From the NCBI RefSeq assembly GCF_963921235.1, contig NC_086097.1, forward strand, positions 71,984,001-72,048,000: a DNA stretch of 64,000 nt, read 5' to 3'. The notes under the pieces were generated by a model. It made no database searches, had not been told where the DNA came from, and saw only the letters and a program-made list of their open reading frames with translations. Shown here piece by piece: positions 1 through 12,133 of the stretch. Made by a program: the position numbers and the translations under genes. The stretch's first letter is position 1; every line of letters begins with the position of its first letter. Source of the stretch: Mobula hypostoma (taxonomy: Eukaryota).

Positions 1-141
1 GACCAGGCAGATCATGGAGCTTCCTATGGATGTGGCATTGACATTTTCTCTAATCTTGGGGAAATTCACAGAGTGGTTTCAGTGCAGCTTTGTCTGAGAG
101 CTGCTGCAGGTGGCTGATTGTAGTGCTGATGTGGTGGGGCC

Positions 142-217
142 TGACTAAGTGCAGCTGTCAATGATTGGCTGGAAATTTCCCAGCAGCAATTGATTGCTCT
201 TCAGTTTCCATAGAAAC
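142..217. promoter_or_regulatory. Candidate cis-regulatory motif cluster (AP-1-like, E-box/MEIS, reverse CCAAT, NF-kB, RFX X-box)
   Basis: TGACTAA 142-148, CAGCTGTCA 152-160, TGATTGGCT 162-170, GGAAATTTCCC 171-181, palindromic GTTTCCATAGAAAC 204-217, in sequence with no recognisable repeat; motif matches only. Confidence 0.3.
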
Positions 218-507
218 ACTAGCCGCCTAATTTATTGTGGTTCTCACTACAGCCAGGTGCTTCATGGAGAAGTACGTTGTATTGATGAGAACTGAGATCA
301 GAATATTAGAAGAAAGCTGCAATTTGTCTAGTTACTTTTTTTAATTTATAGAAATGGTAAATGTAGCTTTGTCAGATTTGACAATTGACTGAGAAAATTT
401 AAAAATCACAGTTATGATCTACAGCATCACATCCCATCCCCAATTTCTCTTCCATTAACACAAATTATTCTTCCCTAAAGAAAGGAATTTTTAAACTTGG
501 ATGATTA

Positions 508-1212
508 ACTCCCAGTGTGGCCTTCTATATATTGGCGAGACCCGACGCAGACAGGGAGATCGTTTTGCTGAACTTCTATGCTCTGTCCACCAGAGAAAGC
601 AGGATCTCACAGTGGCCACACATTTTCATTCCACGTCCCATTCCCATTCTGATATGTCCATCCATGGCCTCCTCTACTGTCAAGATGAAGCAAACTCAGG
701 TTGGAGGAACAACACCTTATATTCCGCTTGGGTAGCCTCCAACCTGATGGCATGAACATTAGCTTCTGTAATTTCTACTGCCCCTCCTCCCCTTCTTACC
801 CCATCATTTATTTATTTACTTATTTATTTCCCTTTCTTTCTCTTTCTTTTTTCTCCCTCTGTCCCTCTCATTAAATCTTCCTCTGATGCTCCCTCCCCCT
901 TTCTTTCTTCCCAGGCCTCCCATCCTATGATCCTCTCCCTTCTCCAGCCTCATATCCCTTTTGCCAATCAGCTTTCCAGCTCTTAGCACCATCCCTCCCC
1001 CTCCTGTCTTCTCCTATCATTTCAGATCTCCCCCTCCCCCTCTTACTTTCAAATCTCTTACTATCTCTTTTTTCAGTAGGTCCTATCGAAGGGTCTCGGC
1101 CCAAAATGTCGACTGTACTGCTTCCTATAGATGCTGCCTGGCCTGCTGCGTTCCACCAGCATTTTGTGTGTGTTGCTTGAATTTCCAGCATCTGCAGATT
1201 TCCTCGTGTTTG
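508..1212 (+). mobile_element. Penelope-like element, 3' fragment (GIY-YIG endonuclease relic plus terminal repeat with decayed hammerhead)
   Basis: ORF 501-755 SQCGLLYIGETRRRQGDRFAE...VATHF is a PLE GIY-YIG motif; pyrimidine-rich 3' region; family tail ...ccagcatctgcagatttcctcgtgtttg. Confidence 0.9.
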
Positions 1213-1787
1213 TGTTTATACATTTCTCTTCAGTTTCTTGATTTGGAGAATAATAACTGAATAGATGTCTCATTTTCTTGTCCTGATGATTGAAACCGTA
1301 TCCTGCAAAGTTGAAGTCACTCTTTAAAGCGATGGTCAATGCATTCTGAGTTTGGAAAAAATTGAAAGTACCAAAGAGATACATTTTTAAACATACCACT
1401 GGAGCAGTTGATCTTTGGCTAAGAGAACAGCTTAATGTAGTATTGTGTAAAGTAGTGGTCATCAACCTTTTTAAGCCCAAGATCCCCTACCCCTACCTCA
1501 GTGAAAGGCAAGATCTACCTATTAAATCGTTTAGAGAAAAAAACTGCTCAGATTGTACTTCCAATTTGAGGCCTTTTATTTGAGCAAATTGTATTTGAAT
1601 TACACAAAATACTTTTGTCAAACTTTTAGATTAATACAAACAAGAAAACACTGTAACTAGCATATCAAACAGGCCATAGCAGTCTTTCTTTAAGAATATT
1701 ACAATACTTCACACCTTTAATTCTAAGTTTCATTATTTAATTTTATTTCAACACGAAAAATAAGTGATTAAAAATTGACTGTTGCAC

Positions 1788-3190
1788 TCAGTGTGATGAC
1801 TGGGGCTGAATACCTCCTGCTAGTTCTCTGAAATTTGGCTCATAACTACAGACAGCCAGTCTGAGACAGTCTGTGAGGTGTAGGGTTGCCAACTGTCCTG
1901 TATTTCCCCCGTTAAGGTAGAGTGTCCTATGAAACCTTTTGTGCTGAAATGCTTCATGCCGAAGAAGCAATTACCATTAATTTATATGGAAAAAAAAATT
2001 TGAGCATTCCCAGACCCAGAAAAATAGCCTACCAAATCATACCAAATAACACATAAAACCTAAAATAACAATAACATATAGTAAAAGCAGGAATGATATG
2101 ATAAATACACAGACTATATAAAGTAGAAATAATGAAAATTAAGCCAAAACCGATTCGTGGGGTTAAAATATCGACATGTACATACATGCGCACACAGGTG
2201 CCCGTGCAAAGCTTCATGATCATGGTAGTCTTTCAATGGGTAAATGCAAATGTCCCGGGATTTGATGGCTACTTTTGTCCCTTATTTGGGAGTGAGAAAG
2301 TTGGCAACCCTAGTGAGGTGTCTGTCAGTAAGTCAGCTCCTGTACTTAGATTTAATAATTTTCATCTGTGAAAATGCAAATTCACATAGATCAGTTGACC
2401 CGAAATAGGCACTGACTTTTAGTGCTATGAAACCAACGCGCACACCACGCATTGCTCAGCCCCATCAGTAGTAATTGCCACCAGTTTATGAATGGGGATG
2501 TCATTTTCACGGACATATTTTTTTAAACTCATTGTAAGTATCCTCACCTCTCGTTCTTTCCTTTAATTGTAAAAGAGTGAGGAAGTCCTCCTTTGTTGTA
2601 AAATCCTAGAAAGCCATTCTGACAAATACAACAAGCTGAACTGTTTGCATTACATCCAGGGATTCATCAAACTGTAGTGAGAAATATCCATGTCCTCTGA
2701 CAGTGACTCTACCCTCCTTGTCACTGTTGCAGGGCCAAGCGGTATATTATATATTGCGGTTGTGATGCCGTTTTTGTTTTTAAAGTCATTAAAACAGTCT
2801 CTGCAGTAATGACCTTTGCTTCCTTGAATAAATCGCCATCTGTAAAAGGCTTCTTGTGTTTAGCCAAAAGGTGACTTACAAGAAATGATGCTTCAATAGC
2901 AGACCTATTTTGAGCAGCATGTTTTGTGGAAAATGATTGCTGGGCCTTCAACCCCGATTTCAGTCCCTCAACTTTCCAGGCACAAATTGCGCTATTTGGG
3001 GGGTAGGTGTCTTTAAATTCCTGGTGGTTGGTGTTGAGGTGCCACTCCAGATTCCCTCTTTTAGTCAGTGCTTGTGTTTGGTGGCACAACATAATACACA
3101 CTTGTCTTTCACCAAGGTAAATAGAAATTCCTCTTCCCATTCTGGATGGAATCTATACGTTTTCGCCTTCTTTCGTGGAGCCTCCGCCAT
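1788..3190 (-). pseudogene. Disrupted hAT transposase
   Basis: Starts MAEAPRKKAKTYRFHPEWEEEF at 3190; frameshifted zinc-finger region; YFSLQFDESLD and TTDG catalytic-domain motifs; deletion to C-terminal FGSTDLCEFAFSQMKIIKSKYRS...HLTDCLRLAV; interrupted by a MITE. Confidence 0.88.
1881..2312. mobile_element. Non-autonomous hAT MITE (432 bp) nested in the transposase
   Basis: Perfect 14 bp TIR tagggttgccaact / agttggcaacccta; exact 8 bp TSD gtgaggtg (1873-1880, 2313-2320). Confidence 0.93.
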
Positions 3191-3750
3191 GCTATCAGGA
3201 TATCACGAGCGATTGCCGATTGCGTCACATCTGATCTGGGCCGACATTTACGTGCTGGGTGGCACCTAATTAATTAGCTGGTTTATTTCGGCTTTTTTTT
3301 CTTAAAAACGTGCTGGGTGCATCCTGACTACTGCTGCACCCCTGCATGCTTCGCGGCCCGGAGGTTGGGGACCACTGCCGTATATGGATGTTTGTGACAG
3401 TCTGTACTCTTATCTAATCTGATTGGTCACTTTGATGCAGCACAGGCTACGCTGAATATGCGGTGCATGGTGGGGGAACTACACACATGCGCACTGGGCA
3501 GAAAGAACGGAATTAAACCCCTGCAACCCGGAAACAATCTCTCTTTACAAACAGCTTTTTAGCGAAAATATTGCTATATTACCATTATCCTAATTAGTAT
3601 TACTTTTATAATGCTCACATTACAACAGTATTTGTGTATTTATTTTTGATTTTTCTTCGGGATCTACTGGGAAAGTCTCAAAGATCAACCAGTCGATCGC
3701 GATTGACGGGTTGGCGACCCCTAGTGTAAAGTGAGTTATCCTTTTATACA

Positions 3751-3974
3751 TAAACAACAGGAATTCTGCAGATGCTGGAAATTCAAGCAACACACATCAA
3801 AGTTGCTGGTGAATGCAGCAGGCCAAGCAGCATCTATAGGAAGAGGCGCAGTCGACGTTTCAGGCCGAGACCCTTCGTCCTGACGAAGGGTCTCGGCCTG
3901 AAACGTCGACTGCGCCTCTTCCTATAGATGCTGCTTGGCCTGCTGCATTCACCAGCAACTTTGATGTGTGTTGC
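3751..3974. mobile_element. Penelope-derived fold-back mini-insertion (perfect palindrome)
   Basis: Arms 3786-3879 and 3882-3975 are exact reverse complements (94 bp, 2 nt spacer); 14 bp TSD tatccttttataca (3737-3750, 3975-3988); sequence matches the Penelope terminal repeat seen at about 1080-1212. Confidence 0.93.
3877..3910 (+). ncRNA. Minimal type I hammerhead ribozyme motif (intact core)
   Basis: gtc CTGACGA a ggg tctcgg cct GAAA cGTC gac: CUGANGA and GAAA boxes, short stem II, palindromic ACGU stem III, GUC cleavage triplet, stem I gtc/gac; architecture known for PLE hammerheads; activity not shown. Confidence 0.75.
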
Positions 3975-4269
3975 TATCCTTTTATACACCTTTTCATCTG
4001 CATATGTTGATATGATTCATTTTAAGAGCGATATTGAAAGTAGAAAAATCACTGTAGGCTTGCAGAAAGTAAGAAGAGGTGGAGTAGGGCCGATGGGATT
4101 GTTCAGTCCGTTGGTTTGAATGGTCCTGCTGGGATGAATGTCCACCTATTTTGCAATGCAGAAATAATATCCCTTTCTAAAGGTTTCCCACCCTCTGAAT
4201 GTCTCCCAGAAGCAGTATCTGCAACCACATTAATTTTGCTCTTCCTCTTCAAGCATACAGTTTTACTAG

Positions 4270-4830
4270 TACATTCAGTGGCCTATGTATTCAGAGCATT
4301 TGTACACCTGCTCATTAGTTCAAATATCTAATCTGCCAATCATGTGGCGGCAATCCAAAAAAAAAAACATGCAGACATGATCAAGAGAATCAGTTGTTGT
4401 TCAGACATCAGAATGGGGAAGAAATGTGATCAAAGTGACAAATGATTTTTGGTGCCAGATAGGGTGGTTTGCATATCTCAGACACTACTAACCTGTTGGG
4501 ATTTTGACGCATAGCAGCCTCTGGAGCCATGGACCCCTACGACTAACTGAGGAGTCTGTGGACTCCAGGTTAAAACCCCTGCCCCAGAGCTTACAAAGAA
4601 TGGTGTGCAAAAACAAAAAGAAACATCCAGTGAGTGGAATATGCCTTGTTAAGGATAGAGGTCAGAGGTGAATGGCCAGACTGGTTCAAGCTGACAGGAA
4701 GGTGACAGTAACTCAAATAACCACGCACTACAACAGTGGAACACAGAACATGTCAGACCTTGTAGTGAATGGGCCACTGCAGCAGAAGACAACACTGGAT
4801 TTTACTCAGGTCCTAAGAAAGTGGTATTAA
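4270..4830 (+). mobile_element. Tc1-like non-autonomous/deleted DNA transposon
   Basis: Decayed Tc1 N-terminal HTH coding region (atggggaagaaatgtgat... MGKKCD; MARLVQADRKVTVTQITTHYNSG); termini tacattcagtggcc and cctaagaaagtggt. Confidence 0.75.
4528..4581. mobile_element. Short hAT-Charlie (MER5/MER20-like) MITE remnant inside the Tc1 element
   Basis: ccatggaccccta...gtggactccaggttaaaacccctg end; degenerate 8 bp flanks ctctggag/ccccagag. Confidence 0.5.
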
Positions 4831-5480
4831 GTGTATATTGTTTTGTAGATTCAGCACAAACCTCATGTCAGTGTAATCAAAATTTAATCAAAGAAGTGTC
4901 TTGGATTCTGATGGTAATAGCAGTGTGGAAGCAGAGCGTGATTAGTGGTATTAGATATAGGAAGATAAACCTATCAATTAAAGTCTTTGTTCTTAAAGTT
5001 AATTCTGGAGAAAGTTATTGAATACATGGCCTTCTGGCAATCGTTTAATCATGTCAAAAGTTATTAGGCGTTGTCAGCACCATGAAATGCAATTGACATT
5101 CTCTATAAGCAGGGCTTTCTAATGATGTGTAAAGGATAAAAATCCTTATCTGCTCTGTACAGTAAGTTTTCTTATCATATATAAGATAAATGTAACAGCT
5201 CTCCTTTTTAGGAACAGCAGATTAAATTGAATGCCTTCATTTGAAGGTCCTTTTTGAACTACATAGAGATATTCATTTTGTTGTGAACAGATTTAATGGA
5301 GAAAACCCAGGATCATTGGGAACTCGAGATAAAAAGAGACCAAAAAAAACCTTGCATCTATGCAGTATGTCCATCAATATTTTTTAAAATAAATTCTTCC
5401 AGTAACATGGTGTGATTCTGAACAAATATCTCCTTTTTTTTATAAATTGTTAACAAAATCAGAATATACTGGATGAACCA

Positions 5481-6910
5481 CATAAGAACATAAGAAATAG
5501 GAGCAGGAGTAGGCCATCTGGCCCATCAAGTCTGCTCCATCATTCAATAAGATCATGGCTGATCTGACTATGGATTCCTCTCCACCTACCTGCCTTTTCC
5601 CTATAACCTGTAATTCCCCCTACTATGCAAACATCTATCCAACCTTGCCTTAAATATATTTACTGAAGTAGCCTCCACTGTTTCATTGGGCAGAGAATTC
5701 CACAGGTTCATCACTCTATGGGAAAAGCAGTTCCTCCTAATCTCTGTCCTATACTTATGCCCCCGAATCTTGAGGCTATGTCCCCTAGTTCTAGTCTCAC
5801 CCACCAGTGGAAATAACTTTCCTGCCTCTCTCTTATCTATTCCTTTCATAATTTTATATGTTTCTATAAGGTCTCCTCTTATCCTTCTGAATTCCAGCAA
5901 ATACAGTCCCAGGTAACTCAATCTCTCCTCATAGTCTAACCCCCTCATCTCTGGAATCAACCTGGTGAACCTCCTCTGCATCACTCCAAAGTTCCTCAAG
6001 TAACTGCACGCAGTACTCCAGATGTGGCTGCACCAGTAGCTATACAGTTGCAGCATAACCTCCCTGCTCTTAAATTCAATCCCTCTAGCAACCAAAGGCC
6101 AACATTCCATTGCCTTCTTGATAGCCTGCTACACCTGCAAACCAACCTTTTGTGATTCATGCACAAGCACTCTCAAGTCCTTCTGCACAGCAGCATGCTG
6201 CAGTCTTTTATCATTTAAATACTATTTAAATAATAATCTGATCTTCCATTTCTCCTTCCAAAGTTGATGGCCTCACATTTACCAACACTGTACTCCATCT
6301 GCCAGACCCTTGCCCACTCACTTAACCTATCTATATCTCTCTATAGACTCACTGTATCCTTCTGTACTATTTTCTTTTCCACTCTATTTAGTGTCATCAG
6401 CAAAGTTAGATACACTACACTCAGTCCCCTTTTCCAGATTGTTATTCTATGTCATGAACAGTTGAGACCCTTGTGGCACACCACTCACCACTGATTGCCA
6501 ACCAGAGAAACACCCATGTATCCCAATTCTCCGCTTTCTATTGGTTAACCAATTCTCTATCCTTGCTAACACATCAGCCCCAACTCTATGCATTCTTATC
6601 TTATGGATAAGTCTTGTATTTGGCATCATATCGAATGCCTTCTGGAAATCCAATTAAATAACATCCATCTGTTCCCCTCCATGTACTGTGCTTGTTATAT
6701 CCTCAAAGAACTCCAGTAAGGTTGTCAAACAGGACCTGCCTTTGCTGAACCCATGCTGCATCTGCCTGATGGATCTATTTCCTTTCAGATGCCTCACCAT
6801 TTCTTCTTTAATGATAGCTTCAAGTATTTTCCCAGCTACAGATGTTAAACTAACTGGCCTATAGTTACCTGCCTTTTGCCTACATCCTTTTTTGAATAGT
6901 GGCGTGACTT
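5481..6910 (-). mobile_element. CR1 LINE, 5'-truncated (RT and ORF2 C-terminus)
   Basis: ORFs DFQKAFD (6447-6653) and RRIRGDLIETYKIMKG...RTRGHSLK...LWNSLP (5601-6110); 3' microsatellite tail cataagaacataagaa. Confidence 0.93.
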
Positions 6911-6980
6911 CACGGGTAATACAACATATTAGGGAACAGGAGCAGAGTCAAAATTTCAGAACAAGAAAAGTGGGAAAACA

Positions 6981-7189
6981 TAAATTCAAGAGATACTGCA
7001 GATGCTGGAAACACATGCAAAATGCTGAAGGAACTCAGCAAGTCAAGCAGCATCTATGAAAAGGAATAATCAGTCGACATTTTGGGTTAAGATGAACTGA
7101 TGAAGAATCTCAGCCCCAAACGTTGACTTTTAATTCTTTTCCAGAGACGCTGTCTGACCAGCCGAGTTCCTCAAGCATTATGTGTATGG
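6981..7189. mobile_element. Older Penelope-derived fold-back mini-insertion
   Basis: Degenerate inverted arms around ctgatgaagaatctcagccccaaacgttgac (decayed hammerhead); exact 14 bp TSD aaagtgggaaaaca (6967-6980, 7190-7203). Confidence 0.85.
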
Positions 7190-10100
7190 AAAGTGGGAAA
7201 ACAAGTGTGCTTTAAGTTTCAGAGATGGAGAAAGTGATGAAATTTCTGCTGCAGGCAAAGCTGTCAAAGTAACCAATACTTACAGTACCAGTATTAAAAT
7301 ACAAAATAGAAAAGCAAAAAATTGAAACTGGAACATTCAGCAACATGTTGAAAAAAAATAACAGGTTACTTGAAATAGTGGAATTCTGTTTTCTGAGTAC
7401 AGACGGAATTTGAGCCTTGTTTCTTGAGCTGATGTTGATCATTGTTTTAACAATGTAGAAGGTCAGACACAGAGAGGTCAGAGTGAGTAGTGAATGGAAA
7501 CTAAAGTGACGGGCAGGTGGAAGTTCAAATAGGGCCTTGTGGATTTTGGAATGGAGTGTCAGTGAAGAGAGCTACAGTCTCCTGGTTGATGTTGGGTATT
7601 AATTGAGTATGATGGAAAATATAGAGGGGGTGACTTTGAATTGCTCTTGCACACTGAGAGTGGACTTGATTAACATTCTTCATTACTTCAACAATTCCAT
7701 GAAGTGTCTGTGTGGAAGGAGGATAGTCTATTTGATTTAATTGTATTGCTTTTATCTGGTGTTGTCACAGAATATTGGTTAAGCCATTTCAGCTAGGGTG
7801 GCAACCACACATTGAGGCTATGTGAGTTCTTCCATAAATCATTCTAATTCATTAAACATCAGTAAGATTGATTTACTGTTCCATCAATTTAACTAATTTA
7901 TTGATTTGTGTATGTTAGGTATTTAGTGTCTATGTTCCCATTAACTCTTATTTCTTTGAGATTCTCTTCTTTTTGCCTGTGCCTGCCACTATCCTTTTGA
8001 ACCATTTTATGAGTAACACTCACCTTTTGATTCCCTCCACTTTCTTTTCAGAATCAGGCTTACGATCACCAAAAAATGTCATGAAATTTGTTCAATGCAA
8101 GGCATAGAAATTACTATCAGATGCAAAATAAATGAAGGTGCAAAAGATTATTGCCCACAGGTCCCAGGGATTCAGAGACTAAATTAGGTGCTGCACTTTC
8201 TGGTTTTGTAAATTAAGTTTGCTTTCAGTCCTTGATTAAGTCCACTTCCCTCCTTTGCCCTTTTGTCCTAATTCTCTTGAATGCATGTGTACCACCAGAA
8301 TTAGGTTGCCAAAGAACATCAGTGATGCTTTCATCTTGTTCAGTAATCAATAGAGACTGGTACCCCTGTAACACTAAAGTATTGTGCAGATGTCCATCCA
8401 AACGTACTTGAACACCAATAAAAGCCGTACTTTGATTGCAGTAATTAACCTAGTGGTTAGAAATACACCTCTATCAAAGACCTTCTAAGCTCTTCTCTGA
8501 ACACTGTGGAAACAGTGTCAGAATTACAAATAATAGTTATGAGTTACAGAACAGAGCATACTTTATCATTCCATGAGCAAGTTCTAAGTATATGATTTAT
8601 ATTGTGAGAAATTTTGGCCAGTTCATTGTTAATAGCATAATTAGAGATACTACCACTACACTCAATTGTGCAGTTAGTCATTTTTAGTTTTGCTATGAAA
8701 TGAAATGTTCAGACTCCAGCTAACCATGGCACAGTACTTAAGACAAGTCTCAACCATTAATTATTATATGTATAAATTAATATATTCATATAGATTGATC
8801 TCACTGAGCTGTTGATTTTTCCCTTCTTGATTTTTCTAGAACATTAATCTTAACTGTCCAGTTCATATGGATGTTACTGTTGCAAGAAAAGCAGAATTTT
8901 GACTTCTGTGTCTCCTGGTAAAGACTAATAAATTCCAATTTTCCCTTCTCTACCTGCAACACTAATGGACATTATAATAGAATTGCACATAGATATTGCT
9001 ACCAGCCAAGGAAGCCAACAAGCATCACAAAGGCTGGTAACAGACCAAATTCAATCATATTTATATGTTTCAGTGCTGATCCCTGGGTGAGATGATGCTG
9101 AGGTAGCAGCATTGGGCTCTAAAATACAGTATCCTGGAGGAGATGGGATTCAAGTTTAATCCTCCACTTCACTGGGTTTTCAATCTTAGTTGTGGTACAA
9201 AGGGGAGGTTGTTAACTAAAGGCCAAGTACTTCTTTGTAGGTGTTTGAGCAAAGACATTTGAAATGGAATCTCCAGCAGGCTACTCCCACTTCAATATCC
9301 AAGTGCTGTCAATGTTAGTGTAATGCCTGGTCTCACAAGGTTGTCAGAAAAAGAGAATTGATCAATTTTGCTACTTGAAGAAATAGTGCATAAACATTAA
9401 TACGTATTTACTTTCTTCCTTCTGCATTCAAGGTTTACTTCTTGGCTTGATAGAATCCTTTGTCATTAATTTTGAAGATTAATAAATTGTAATAAAAATT
9501 CAGATTCACGTCAATGTCAAACGGAGAGTATAATTCTATATTCTGCAGTTATTGCTTACAGAGTGGGATTGCTTGTTGGCAAGGAAATAAATCCTGAGGA
9601 TGTTATGCCTTTAATTCTATACATGCAATTCTGAGAATGCAATGCATAAATTGTTCAAGTGTAATGTAACCGATTGTATAATTATTATGTTCAACCATAT
9701 CAAAACAGATATCCGAGCAGCCTACACCAAAAATTGATCTGTATCCAATTTGCTGCTTGAGTACAGATAATTTTCCATAAAACATTGAAATCATTATTAA
9801 TGCATCAACTGACACTTTAGAACGGATCCTCTGAAACATCCTTAAGCCAGAGTGATTTGTAACTGCTGTATTTTATGCAAAATATATAGCACTCAGCATA
9901 ATGAGCATTTACCATGTACAGGAGGTTCAAAGTAATGCTGTCCTTTTTTGATCAAATCTGGACTGAATAAACTGTAAAATTGAAGTTGGACTAGACTAGT
10001 TGGACAACTTGCTGTTTTTCTTATGAAATTTAATTAAACTACAGTAAATGATGTCTGTCCATTTTACAGTTCGAAACTTATTAGAAAAACCATGCAAAAG

Positions 10101-10859
10101 AACAGACTGAAACCAGCAGCATTTCATTACAGGCTTTAAAAATAGATAATGTAACTTAAATTGATATTAAAACTCTACGTTTCTAGCACAGCAGATCCAT
10201 TACTTATGCAATTTTATATTGCTGAAATACATCCCTTTATCACTTAATGTGTTTCTATTATTCAAAACTCAGGGGTACAAATTTTTATTACTTAGGCTCC
10301 CAGTCATGAAACCCTTTCTTGAAAACAATTTGCTTTAATAGTCTGAACGGTCAAACAATGAGCAATAGTATAAATAGTTCATGAAGTGAATTTTTCAGCC
10401 ATTCTATTTTGTGGTAACAAATCAGGTTATATTTTATTAGTTCAGTATATACTGTAATAACACCGGTATATTAAAAAAATTGAAAAGGGCATGCACACAA
10501 GTATTGCTGTTTGAAAATATTTGCGCTATTTACTAATTGGAAAGTATGAAAGCATAGATTATGTTAACATTTGTTACGTACAATTATTTGTAAAATCTTT
10601 CAATATGAGTGTTGCATGTAATATTAGATCAGTTATGAATGTTATTCTTATGTGCATTGCAATTGGCTGTCATGTTTGAATAATCAACTGGTCAGAAAGT
10701 GTCAAGGGACGAAGAACTCCACTGCATAGATGGTCAGGTGTTCCTGCTATGGATTCTGAACTTTTCAGCTGATGTCCCTTTAAATGTGTTTTCAGAAGGT
10801 GCTTTATACTTTCAAGGCAATCAGAAGGACATGGTTTGAACTGTTTCTACAACCTATGC

Positions 10860-11170
10860 ACTCACTTTCAAGGACTTTCTATCTCATGTTCTTGGTATTT
10901 ATTGCTTATTTATTATTATTATGGGTATTATTATCATTTCTAATTTTTCTCTTTGTTTTCGTATTTGTAAAGTTTTTTTTTGCACATTGGTTGTTGTCCA
11001 TCCTGCTGGGTGTGATCTTTCATTGATTCTGTTGTATTTCATTTATATTCATTTGTTATTCACTGTTGTATATTCAATTATTCACTGTGTTGCCTGCAAA
11101 ATAAAAAAGAATCCTAGTGTTGTACATGGTGACATATATGTACGTTGATAACAAATTTACTTAGAACTTT
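10860..11170 (+). mobile_element. Rex1/Babar-like LINE 3' UTR fragment
   Basis: Tail tgataacaaatttacttagaacttt matches the tail of the coding-linked copy at 24090-24542. Confidence 0.65.
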
Positions 11171-11196
11171 CAAATTTGGTGCAAACATAGGTTTAG

Positions 11197-11198
<2 letters not shown>

Positions 11199-11236
<38 letters not shown>
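11199..11236. repeat. (AC)n microsatellite
   Basis: About 19 AC units. Confidence 0.95.
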
Positions 11237-11243
<7 letters not shown>

Positions 11244-11814
11244 CATGAATCCTAGACTTGATTCTCTGTTCAAGCCACAATCATTATTCATTATATTTGG
11301 GCTTATCACAGACATCTTCATTGAGCTTTTGTAGACGTCAAAGTTGGCCTTCACCAATTATGGTCCTCACTGGCTGTTGTCGTGATCCCTCATTGCTGAT
11401 CTCCGAGCATTCACCCCATCTTGTACATATCTTTATTTTGTACAACTGCATAAAGTCATCCTTCAATCTCATACATTCTAAGGACTAAAATCCTAGACTG
11501 CCCAACTCAATCCTTTGCGTCTTGGTAACATCCTCATAAATCTCGTCTGCAATTTTGAGTTTAATGATGTATTTCCAATAACAGGGTGACCAAAACTGTA
11601 CAGTATGTTCCAAGTACAATCTCACCAACATCTTGTACAAATGCCATAACACCCCAAATCAATACCCTGATCAATGATGGCCAGCATCCTAAATGCCCTC
11701 TTCACTCACTCTCTACCTTTGACACTGTCTTCAGTGAACAACGTACAATACTTGTACTCTGTTCCACAACACTCTTTAGAGCCCAAACATTCAGGTTTGA
11801 AAGCCATTTGCCTT

Positions 11815-12133
11815 TGTTACGACATGCACCCATCCAAGCCAGCTTCCGAGGTTCAGACACTCTAACTCCCTGGAGTATGGATAGCTGGCACAGTTCGTTT
11901 AAGGATTCAGGACAGTCCCACTAATTGCCAATCATCTTTTGGGCACCAAGGATTGAGCACTTAAGGTGCACCTGAACTGAGGTTTGGTGCTTAAGCATAT
12001 GCCTACTCGTGATTTTGTCTAGTGTTTGCTTGGCGCTACAATTCTCAATCCAGTTTAAAGCCATGTTGCAATCCTAGCCTCAGATATTCCCACATTTTGG
12101 TCCAAGCCATTCATGTCAAGGACTCTTGTCATG
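11815..12133 (+). repeat. 5' LTR of the Gypsy chromovirus
   Basis: Starts tgttacgaca; direct repeat of 14960-15278. Confidence 0.9.

Larger units (their letters stand above)
1453..3723 (-). mobile_element. hAT (Charlie/SPIN/GTF2IRD2-like) DNA transposon, internally deleted
   Basis: Imperfect 15 bp TIRs tagtggtcatcaacc / ggttggcgaccccta; exact 8 bp TSD gtgtaaag (1445-1452, 3724-3731); transposase relic inside. Confidence 0.92.

Noticed and set aside
9603..9839. ORF with a faintly EF-hand-like GYITLEQFMHCILRI segment
   Set aside because: Lacks the acidic loop residues, no convincing splice sites, AT-rich; likely chance
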